Origin: Laetmonice hystrix
Taxonomy: Eukaryota
Direction: 5' to 3'
Length of the DNA: 64,000 nucleotides
NCBI GenBank assembly: GCA_965235115.1
Contig: OZ249436.1
Coordinates: forward strand, 8,248,001-8,312,000
In this document: positions 9,911 through 21,900 of the stretch, in pieces
Numbering within the stretch: the first letter of the stretch is position 1
Layout of the letters: each line of letters starts with the position of its first letter
Notes under the pieces: model-generated
Database searches by the model: none
What the model saw: the letters and a program-made list of their open reading frames with translations, nothing else
What the model was told of the DNA's origin: nothing
Made by a program: the position numbers and the translations under genes

Positions 9911-12900
9911 TACAACGTCATTTGCCATTGTTAACTAAGCCTTTACGGCAAACAGTCATTGGGACGACCTGACAACGTTGTCTCACGCTTACAGATGGTC
10001 CGTAGGGGACACAGATTAGATGGGAGTAGATGATAGACGAAACGTATGGCCTGCCTCCTGGACAATAAAGGCATGGAAACATGAAACATGAGGCGTCCCT
10101 ATATTACTGGCTACTGTTGTATTCAAGCAAACGGTACAGGGAGGACAAACAGTACAGTGAGGAATCGCTACAAGGTACTGGCTGGCCTAGCACCCAAGCG
10201 AACACTACAGTGAGGCCAAAGAGTACAGTCAGGCCAAACAGCCAAGCAGTGTGGGCGGCCAACCAGTAGAGTGACAAGTCCCTACATCCTAGTACAATCT
10301 TTGATCTTACCGACTGGCCTAGTAGCCATGCAAACACTACAGTGAGGTAGTGGAAATGAAAGGTACAGGCGAGGACCATCTAATGTTAAAATCTGGAGAA
10401 GATACTCCAATGGGAAGTATACACATCACAACCATATATCTGTAGCGAACGTACGAGACCTATACGTTTGACAGTTATACATCTGGCCTAAGAATCATAA
10501 CTTTAGGGGGCGTAGTTACAATTTGACGTATCAGAAATGTAGCCATTTTTTCGCTTCTCATTGCTTTGACCTAAGAGCCACAGGTGCCCGCCAGCCCGGC
10601 CAGGTATACGTGGTGATTCCACCGTTAGCCGGAAGATGGCAGTGCAGTCGCCGCTTTCGCCGCCGCTTCAGTAGAGCTGCGCTGCACCCTGGTGTTTCTT
10701 GCCTGCAAGATCCCTGTACTCTTTCTTTGTTTGTTTCTTACTTGGGGATGGGATATCTGATATAGAAAAGGCGTACAACGTCATTTGCCATTGTTAACTA
10801 AGCCTTTACGGCAAACAGTCATTGGGACGACCTGACAACGTTGTCTCACGCTTACAGATGGTCTGTAGGGGACACAGATTAGATGGGAGTAGATGCTAGA
10901 CGAAACGTATGGCCTGCCTCCTGGACAATAAAGGCATGGAAACATGAAACATGAGGCGTCCCTATATTGCTGGCTACTGTTGTATTCAAGCAAACGGTAC
11001 AGGTAGGACAAACAGTACAGTGAGGAATCGCTACAAGGTACTGGCTGGCCTAGCACCCAAGCGAACACTACAGTGAGGCCACTACAGTCAGGCCAAACAG
11101 TACACTGTGAGGCCAAGCAGTGTGGGCGGCCAACCAGTAGAGTGACAAGTCCCTACATCTTACCGACTGGCCTAGTAGCCATGCAAACACTACAGCGAGG
11201 TAGAAGAAATGAAAGCTACAGGCGAGGACCATCTAATGTTAAAATCTGGAGAAGATACTCCAATGGGAAGTATACACATCACAACCATCTGTAGCGAACG
11301 TACGAGACCTATACGTTTGACAGTTATACATCTGGCCTAAGAATCATAACTTTAGGGGGCGTAGTTACAATTTGACGTATCAGAAATGTAGCCATTTTTT
11401 CGCTTCTCATTGCTTTAACCTAAGAGCCACAGGTGCCCGCCAGCCCGGCCAGGTATACGTGGTAATTCCACCGGTAGCCGGAAGATGGCAGTGCAGTCGC
11501 CGCTTTCGCCGCCGCTTCAGTAGAGCTGCGCTGCACCCTGGTGTTTCTTGCCTGCAAGATCCCTGTACTCTTTCTTTGTTTGTTTCTTACTTGGGGATGG
11601 GATATCTGATATAGAAAAGGCGTACAACGTCATTTGCCATTGTTAACTAAGCCTTTACGGCAAACAGTCATTGGGACGACCTGACAACGTTGTCTCACGC
11701 TTACAGATGGTCTGTAGGGGACACAGATTAGATGGGAGTAGATGCTAAACGAAACGTATGGCCTGCCTCCTGGACAATAAAGGCATGGAAACATGAAACA
11801 TGAGGCGTCCCTATATTACTGGCTACTGTTGTATTCAAGCAAACGGTACAGGGAGGACAAACAGTAAAGTGAGGAATCGCTACAAGGTACTGGCTGGCCT
11901 AGCACCCAAGCGAACACTACAGTGAGGCCAAAGAGTACAGTCAGGCCAAACAGCCAAGCAGTGTGGGCGGCCAACCAGTATAGTGACAAGTCCCTACATC
12001 TTACCGACTGGCCTAGTAGCCATGCAAACACTACAGTGAGGTAGTGGAAATGAAAGGTACAGGCGAGGACCATCTAATGTTAAAATCTGGAGAAGATACT
12101 CCAATGGGAAGTATACACATCACAACCATATATCTGTAGCGAACGTACGAGACCTATACGTTTGACAGTTATACATCTGGCCTAAGAATCATAACTTTAG
12201 GGTGCGTAGTTACAATTTGACGTATCAGAAATGTAGCCATTTTTTCGCTTCTCATTGCTTTAACCTAACAGCCACAGGTGCCCGCCAGCCCGGCCAGGTA
12301 TACGTGGTGATTCCACCGGTAGCCGGAAGATGGCAGTGCAGTCGCCGCTTTCGCCGCCGCTTCAGTAGAGCTGCGCTGCACCCTGGTGTTTCTTGCCTGC
12401 AATATCCCTGTACTCTTTCTTTGTTTGTTTCTTACTTGGGGATGGGATATCTGATATAGAAAAGGCGTACAACGTCATTTGCCATTGTTAACTAAGCCTT
12501 TACGGCAAACAGTCATTGGGACGACCTGACGACGTTGTCGCACGCTTACAGATGGTCTGTAGGGGACACAGATTAGATGGGAGTAGATGCTAGACGAAAC
12601 GTATGGCCTGCCTCCTGGACAATAAAGGCATGGAAACATGAAACATGAGGCGTCCCTATATTACTGGCTACTGTTGTATTCAAGCAAACGGTACAGGGAG
12701 GACAAACAGTACAGTGAGGAATCGCTACAAGGTACTGGCTGGCCTAGCACCCAAGCGAACACTACAGTGAGGCCAAAGAGTACAGTTAGGCCAAACAGCC
12801 AAGCAGTGTGGGCGGCCAACCAGTAGAGTGACAAGTCCCTACATCTTACCGACTTGCCCAGTAGCCATGCAAACACTACAGTGAGGTAGTGGAAATGAAA

Positions 12901-15900
12901 GGTACAGGCGAGGACCATCTAATGTTAAAATCTGGAGAAGATACTCCAATGGGAAGTATACACATCACAACCATATATCTGTAGCGAACGTACGAGACCT
13001 ATACGTTTGACAGTTATACATCTGGCCTAAGAATCATAACTTTAGGGGGCGTAGTTACAATTTGACGTATCAGAAATGTAGCCATTTTTTCGCTTCTCAT
13101 TGCTTTAACCTAAGAGCCACAGGTGCCCGCCAGCCCGGCCAGGTATACGTGGTGATTCCACCGGTAGCCGGAAGATGGCAGTGCAGTCGCCGCTTTCGCC
13201 GCCGCTTCAGTAGAGCTGCGCTGCACCCTGGTGTTTCTTGCCTGCAATATCCCTGTACTCTTTCTTTGTTTGTTTCTTACTTGGGGATGGGATATCTGAT
13301 ATAGAAAAGGCGCACAACGTCATTTGCCATTGTTAACTAAGCCTTTACGGCAAACAGTCATTGGGACGACCTGACAACGTTGTCTCACGCTTACAGATGG
13401 TCTGTAGGGGACACAGATTAGATGGGAGTAGATGCTAGACGAAACGTATGGCCTGCCTCCTGGACAATAAAGGCATGGAAACATGAAACATGAGGCGTCC
13501 CTATATTACTGGCTACTGTTGTATTCAAGCAAACGGTACAGGGAGGACAAACAGTATGTGAGGAATCGCTACAAGGTACTGGCTGGCCTAGCACCCAAGC
13601 GAACACTACAGTGAGGCCACTACAGTCAGGCCAAACAGTACACTGTGAGGCCAAGCAGTGTGGGCGGCCAACCAGTAGAGTGACAAATCCCTACATCTTA
13701 CCGACTGGCCTAGGAGCCATGCAAACACTACAGTGAGGTAGTGGAAATAAAAGGTGCTGGCGAGGAGCATCTCATGTTAAAATCTAGAGAAGAAACTTCA
13801 ATGGGAAGTATACACATCACAACCATATATCTGTAGCGAACGTACGAGACCTATACGTTTGACAGTTATACATCTGGCCTAAGAATCATAACTTTAGGGG
13901 GGCGTAGTTTCAATTTGACGTATCAGAAATGTAGCCATTTTTCGCTTCTCATTGCTTTAACCGAAGAGCCGCAGGTGCCCGCCAGCCCGGCCAGGTATAC
14001 GTGGTGATTCCACCGGTAGCCGGAAGATGGCAGTGCAGTCGCCGCTTTCGCCGCCGCTTCAGTAGAGCTGCGCTGCACCCTGGTGTTTCTTGCCTGCAAT
14101 ATCCCTGTACTCTTTCTTTGTTTGTTTCTTACTTGGGGATGGGATATCTGATATAGAAAAGGCGTACAACGTCATTTGCCATTGTTAACTAAGCCTTTAC
14201 GGCAAACAGTCATTGGGACGACCTGACGACGTTGTCGCACGCTTACAGATGGTCTGTAGGGGACACAGATTAGATGGGAGTAGATGCTAGACGAAACGTA
14301 TGGCCTGCCTCCTGGACAATAAAGGCATGGAAACATGAAACATGAGGCGTCCCTATATTACTGGCTACTGTTGTATTCAAGCAAACGGTACAGGGAGGAC
14401 AAACAGTACAGTGAGGAATCGCTACAAGGTACTGGCTGGCCTAGCACCCAAGCGAACACTACAGTGAGGCCAAAGAGTACAGTTAGGCCAAACAGCCAAG
14501 CAGTGTGGGCGGCCAACCAGTAGAGTGACAAGTCCCTACATCTTACCGACTTGCCCAGTAGCCATGCAAACACTACAGTGAGGTAGTGGAAATGAAAGGT
14601 ACAGGCGAGGACCATCTAATGTTAAAATCTGGAGAAGATACTCCAATGGGAAGTATACACATCACAACCATATATCTGTAGCGAACGTACGAGACCTATA
14701 CGTTTGACAGTTATACATCTGGCCTAAGAATCATAACTTTAGGGGGCGTAGTTACAATTTGACGTATCAGAAATGTAGCCATTTTTTTCGCTTCTCATTG
14801 CTTTAACCTAAGAGCCACAGGTGCCCGCCAGCCCGGCCAGGTATACGTGGTGATTCCACCGGTAGCCGGAAGATGGCAGTGCAGTCGCCGCTTTCGCCGC
14901 CGCTTCAGTAGAGCTGCGCTGCACCCTGGTGTTTCTTGCCTGCAAGATCCCTGTACTCTTTCTTTGTTTGTTTCTTACTTGGGGATGGGATATCTGATAT
15001 AGAAAAGGCGCACAACGTCATTTGCCATTGTTAACTAAGCCTTTACGGCAAACAGTCATTGGGACGACCTGACAACGTTGTCTCACGCTTACAGATGGTC
15101 TGTAGGGGACACAGATTAGATGGGAGTAGATGCTAGACGAAACGTATGGCCTGCCTCCTGGACAATAAAGGCATGGAAACATGAAACATGAGGCGTCCCT
15201 ATATTACTGGCTACTGTTGTATTCAAGCAAACGGTACAGGGAGGACAAACAGTATGTGAGGAATCGCTACAAGGTACTGGCTGGCCTAGCACCCAAGCGA
15301 ACACTACAGTGAGGCCACTACAGTCAGGCCAAACAGTACACTGTGAGGCCAAGCAGTGTGGGCGGCCAACCAGTAGAGTGACAAATCCCTACATCTTACC
15401 GACTGGCCTAGGAGCCATGCAAACACTACAGTGAGGTAGTGGAAATAAAAGGTGCTGGCGAGGAGCATCTCATGTTAAAATCTGGAGAAGAAACTTCAAT
15501 GGGAAGTATACACATCACAACCATATATCTGTAGCGAACGTACGAGACCTATACGTTTGACAGTTATACATCTGGCCTAAGAATCATAACTTTAGGGGGG
15601 CGTAGTTTCGATTTGACGTATCAGAAATGTAGCCATTTTTCGCTTCTCATTGCTTTAACCGAAGAGCCGCAGGTGCCCGCCAGCCCGGCCAGGTATACGT
15701 GGTGATTCCACCGGTAGCCGGAAGATGGCAGTGCAGTCGCCGCTTTCGCCGCCGCTTCAGTAGAGCTGCGCTGCACCCTGGTGTTTCTTGCCTGCAAGAT
15801 CTCTGTACTCTTTCTTTGTTTGTTTCTTACTTGGGGATGGGATATCTGATATAGAAAAGGCGTACAACGTCATTTGCCATTGTTAACTAAGCCTTTACGG

Positions 15901-18900
15901 CAAACAATCATTGGGACGACCTGACAACGTTGTCTCACGCTTACAGATGGTCTGTAGGGGACACAGATTAGATGGGAGTAGATGATAGACGAAACGTATG
16001 GCCTGCCTCCTGGACAATAAAGGCATGGAAACATGAAACATGAGGCGTCCCTATATTACTGGCTACTGTTGTATTCAAGCAAACGGTACAGGGAGGACAA
16101 ACAGTACAGTGAGGAATCGCTACAAGGTACTGGCTGGCCTAGCACCCAAGCGAACACTACAGTGAGGCCAAAGAGTACAGTTAGGCCAAACAGCCAAGCA
16201 GTGTGGGCGGCCAACCAGTAGAGTGACAAGTCCCTCCATCTTACCGACTGGCCTAGTAGCCATGCAAACACTACAGTGAGGTAGTGGAAATGAAAGGTAC
16301 AGGCGAGGACCATCTAATGTTAAAATCTGGAGAAGATACTCCAATGGGAAGTATACACATCACAACCATCTGTAGCGAACGTACGAGACCTATACGTTTG
16401 ACAGTTATACATCTGGCCTAAGAATCATAACTTTAGGGGGCGTAGTTACAATTTGACGTATCAGAAATGTAGCCATTTTTTCGCTTCTCATTGCTTTAAC
16501 CTAAGAGCCACAGGTGCCCGCCAGCCCGGCCAGGTATACGTGGTGATTCCACCGGTAGCCGGAAGATGGCAGTGCAGTCGCCGCTTTCGCCGCCGCTTCA
16601 GTAGAGCTGCGCTGCACCCTGGTGTTTCTTGCCTGCAAGATCCCTGTACTCTTTCTTTGTTTGTTTCTTACTTGGGGATGGGATATCTGATATAGAAAAG
16701 GCGCACAACGTCATTTCCCATTGTTAACTAAGCCTTTACGGCAAACAGTCATTGGGACGACCTGACAACGTTGTCTCACGCTTACAGATGGTCTGTAGGG
16801 GACACAGATTAGATGGGAGTAGATGCTAGACGAAACGTATGGCCTGCCTCCTGGACAATAAAGGCATGGAAACATGAAACATGAGGCGTCCCTATATTAC
16901 TGGCTACTGTTGTATTCAAGCAAACGGTACAGGGAGGACAAACAGTATGTGAGGAATCGCTACAAGGTACTGGCTGGCCTAGCACCCAAGCGAACACTAC
17001 AGTGAGGCCACTACAGTCAGGCCAAACAGTACACTGTGAGGCCAAGCAGTGTGGGCGGCCAACCAGTAGAGTGACAAATCCCTACATCTTACCGACTGGC
17101 CTAGGAGCCATGCAAACACTACAGTGAGGTAGTGGAAATAAAAGGTGCTGGCGAGGAGCATCTCATGTTAAAATCTGGAGAAGAAACTTCAATGGGAAGT
17201 ATACACATCACAACCATATATCTGTAGCGAACGTACGAGACCTATACGTTTGACAGTTATACATCTGGCCTAAGAATCATAACTTTAGGGGGCGTAGTTT
17301 CAATTTGACGTATCAGAAATGTAGCCATTTTTCGCTTCTCATTGCTTTAACCGAAGAGCCGCAGGTGCCCGCCAGCCCGGCCAGGTATACGTGGTGATTC
17401 CACCGGTAGCCGGAAGATGGCAGTGCAGTCGCCGCTTTCGCCGCCGCTTCAGTAGAGCTGCGCTGCACCCTGGTGTTTCTTGCCTGCAAGATCTCTGTAC
17501 TCTTTCTTTGTTTGTTTCTTACTTGGGGATGGGATATCTGATATAGAAAAGGCGTACAACGTCATTTGCCATTGTTAACTAAGCCTTTACGGCAAACAAT
17601 CATTGGGACGACCTGACAACGTTGTCTCACGCTTACAGATGGTCTGTAGGGGACACAGATTAGATGGGAGTAGATGATAGACGAAACGTATGGCCTGCCT
17701 CCTGGACAATAAAGGCATGGAAACATGAAACATGAGGCGTCCCTATATTACTGGCTACTGTTGTATTCAAGCAAACGGTACAGGGAGGACAAACAGTACA
17801 GTGAGGAATCGCTACAAGGTACTGGCTGGCCTAGCACCCAAGCGAACACTACAGTGAGGCCAAAGAGTACAGTTAGGCCAAACAGCCAAGCAGTGTGGGC
17901 GGCCAACCGGTAGAGTGACAAGTCCCTCCATCTTACCGACTGGCCTAGTAGCCATGCAAACACTACAGTGAGGTAGTGGAAATGAAAGGTACAGGCGAGG
18001 ACCATCTAATGTTAAAATCTGGAGAAGATACTCCAATGGGAAGTATACACATCACAACCATCTGTAGCGAACGTACGAGACCTATACGTTTGACAGTTAT
18101 ACATCTGGCCTAAGAATCATAAATTTAGGGGGCGTAGTTACAATTTGACGTATCAGAAATGTAGCCATTTTTCGCTTCTCATTGCTTTAACCTAAGAGCC
18201 ACAGGTGCCCGCCAGCCCGGCCAGGTATACGTGGTGATTCCATCGGTAGCCGGAAGATGGCAGTGCAGTCGCCGCTTTCGCCGCCGCTTCAGCAGAGCTG
18301 CGCTGCACCCTGGTGTTTCTTGCCTGCAAGATCTCTGTACTCTTTCTTTGTTTGTTTCTTACTTGAGGATGGGATATCTGATATAGAAAAGGCGTACAAC
18401 GTCATTTGCCATTGTTAACTAAGCCTTTACGGCAAACAGTCATTGGCACGAACTGACAACGTTGTCGCACGCTTACAGATGGTCTGTAGGGGACACAGAT
18501 TAGATAGGAGTAGATGCTAGACGAAACGTATGGCCTGCCTCCTGGACAATAAAGGCATGGAAACATGAAACATGAGGCGTCCCTATATTACTGGCTACTG
18601 TTGTATTCAAGCAAACGGTACAGGGAGGACAAACAGTACAGTGAGGAATCGCTACAAGGTACTGGCTGGCCTAGCACCCAAGCGAACACTACAGTGAGGC
18701 CAAAGAGTACAGTTAGGCCAAACAGCCAAGCAGTGTGGGCGGCCAACCAGTAGAGTGACAAGTCCCTACATCTTACCGACTGGCCTAGTAGCCATGCAAA
18801 CACTACAGCGAGGTAGAAGAAATGAAAGCTACAGGCGAGGACCATCTAATGTTAAAATCTGGAGAAGATACTCCAATGGGAAGTATACACATCACAACCA

Positions 18901-21900
18901 TCTGTAGCGAACGTACGAGACCTATACGTTTGACAGTTATACATCTGGCCTAAGAATCATAACTTTAGGGGGCGTAGTTACAATTTGACGTATCAGAAAT
19001 GTAGCCATTTTTTCGCTTCTCATTGCTTTAACCTAAGAGCCACAGGTGCCCGCCAGCCCGGCCAGGTATACGTGGTAATTCCACCGGTAGCCGGAAGATG
19101 GCAGTGCAGTCGCCGCTTTCGCCGCCGCTTCAGTAGAGCTGCGCTGCACCCTGGTGTTTCTTGCCTGCAAGATCCCTGTACTCTTTCTTTGTTTGTTTCT
19201 TACTTGGGGATGGGATATCTGATATAGAAAAGGCGTACAACGTCATTTGCCATTGTTAACTAAGCCTTTACGGCAAACAGTCATTGGGACGACCTGACAA
19301 CGTTGTCTCACGCTTACAGATGGTCTGTAGGGGACACAGATTAGATGGGAGTAGATGCTAAACGAAACGTATGGCCTGCCTCCTGGACAATAAAGGCATG
19401 GAAACATGAAACATGAGGCGTCCCTATATTACTGGCTACTGTTGTATTCAAGCAAACGGTACAGGGAGGACAAACAGTAAAGTGAGGAATCGCTACAAGG
19501 TACTGGCTGGCCTAGCACCCAAGCGAACACTACAGTGAGGCCAAAGAGTACAGTCAGGCCAAACAGCCAAGCAGTGTGGGCGGCCAACCAGTATAGTGAC
19601 AAGTCCCTACATCTTACCGACTGGCCTAGTAGCCATGCAAACACTACAGTGAGGTAGTGGAAATGAAAGGTACAGGCGAGGACCATCTAATGTTAAAATC
19701 TGGAGAAGATACTCCAATGGGAAGTATACACATCACAACCATATATCTGTAGCGAACGTACGAGACCTATACGTTTGACAGTTATACATCTGGCCTAAGA
19801 ATCATAACTTTAGGGTGCGTAGTTACAATTTGACGTATCAGAAATGTAGCCATTTTTTCGCTTCTCATTGCTTTAACCTAACAGCCACAGGTGCCCGCCA
19901 GCCCGGCCAGGTATACGTGGTGATTCCACCGGTAGCCGGAAGATGGCAGTGCAGTCGCCGCTTTCGCCGCCGCTTCAGTAGAGCTGCGCTGCACCCTGGT
20001 GTTTCTTGCCTGCAATATCCCTGTACTCTTTCTTTGTTTGTTTCTTACTTGGGGATGGGATATCTGATATAGAAAAGGCGTACAACGTCATTTGCCATTG
20101 TTAACTAAGCCTTTACGGCAAACAGTCATTGGGACGACCTGACGACGTTGTCGCACGCTTACAGATGGTCTGTAGGGGACACAGATTAGATGGGAGTAGA
20201 TGCTAGACGAAACGTATGGCCTGCCTCCTGGACAATAAAGGCATGGAAACATGAAACATGAGGCGTCCCTATATTACTGGCTACTGTTGTATTCAAGCAA
20301 ACGGTACAGGGAGGACAAACAGTACAGTGAGGAATCGCTACAAGGTACTGGCTGGCCTAGCACCCAAGCGAACACTACAGTGAGGCCAAAGAGTACAGTT
20401 AGGCCAAACAGCCAAGCAGTGTGGGCGGCCAACCGGTAGAGTGACAAGTCCCTCCATCTTACCGACTGGCCTAGTAGCCATGCAAACACTACAGTGAGGT
20501 AGTGGAAATGAAAGGTACAGGCGAGGACCATCTAATGTTAAAATCTGGAGAAGATACTCTAATGGGAAGTATACACATCACAACCATCTGTAGCGAACGT
20601 ACGAGACCTATACGTTTGACAGTTATACATCTGGCCTAAGAATCATAACTTTAGGGTGCGTAGTTACAATTTGACGTATCAGAAATGTAGCCATTTTTTC
20701 GCTTCTCATTGCTTTAACCTAACAGCCACAGGTGCCCGCCAGCCCGGCCAGGTATACGTGGTGATTCCACCGGTAGCCGGAAGATGGCAGTGCAGTCGCC
20801 GCTTTCGCCGCCGCTTCAGTAGAGCTGCGCTGCACCCTGGTGTTTCTTGCCTGCAATATCCCTGTACTCTTTCTTTGTTTGTTTCTTACTTGGGGATGGG
20901 ATATCTGATATAGAAAAGGCGCACAACGTCATTTGCCATTGTTAACTAAGCCTTTACGGCAAACAGTCATTGGGACGACCTGACAACGTTGTCTCACGCT
21001 TACAGATGGTCTGTAGGGGACACAGATTAGATGGGAGTAGATGCTAGAGGAAACGTATGGCCTGCCTCCTGGACAATAAAGGCATGGAAACATGAAACAT
21101 GAGGCGTCCCTATATTACTGGCTACTGTTGTATTCAAGCAAACGGTACAGGGAGGACAAACAGTATGTGAGGAATCGCTACAAGGTATTGGCTGGCCTAG
21201 CACCCAAGCGAACACTACAGTGAGGCCACTACAGTCAGGCCAAACAGTACACTGTGAGGCCAAGCAGTGTGGGCGGCCAACCAGTAGAGTGACAAATCCC
21301 TACATCTTACCGACTGGCCTAGGAGCCATGCAAACACTACAGTGAGGTAGTGGAAATAAAAGGTACAGGCGAGGACCATCTAATGTTAAAATCTGGAGAA
21401 GATACTCCAATGGGAAGTATACACATCACAACCATATATCTGTAGCGAACGTACGAGACCTATACGTTTGACAGTTATACATCTGGCCTAAGAATCATAA
21501 CTTTAGGGTGCGTAGTTACAATTTGACGTATCAGAAATGTAGCCATTTTTTCGCTTCTCATTGCTTTAACCTAACAGCCACAGGTGCCCGCCAGCCCGGC
21601 CAGGTATACGTGGTGATTCCACCGGTAGCCGGAAGATGGCAGTGCAGTCGCCGCTTTCGCCGCCGCTTCAGTAGAGCTGCGCTGCACCCTGGTGTTTCTT
21701 GCCTGCAATATCCCTGTACTCTTTCTTTGTTTGTTTCTTACTTGGGGATGGGATATCTGATATAGAAAAGGCGTACAACGTCATTTGCCATTGTTAACTA
21801 AGCCTTTACGGCAAACAGTCATTGGGACGACCTGACGACGTTGTCGCACGCTTACAGATGGTCTGTAGGGGACACAGATTAGATGGGAGTAGATGCTAGA

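Noticed and set aside
10125..10350. CRISPR-like repeat-spacer pattern
   Set aside because: The context is eukaryotic, the units are degenerate and adjacent with no unique spacers, and there are no cas genes.
9911..10773. Monomer as a 5S rRNA, tRNA, snRNA or spliced-leader RNA gene repeat
   Set aside because: No recognisable A/B/C boxes, cloverleaf, U-snRNA 5' sequence or convincing Sm site by eye; a divergent ncRNA is not fully excluded.
9911..10773. CENP-B box in the monomer
   Set aside because: None of the TTCG occurrences is followed by the NNNNANNCGGG pattern on either strand.
12526..12602. Hammerhead ribozyme-like core (CTGACGA...GAAAC); also CTGAAGC..GAAA on the minus strand of the monomer
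   Set aside because: CTGACGA is present in only some monomers and stem II cannot close (C opposite C). The minus-strand candidate lacks the conserved A of CUGANGA. An Rfam cmscan would settle it.
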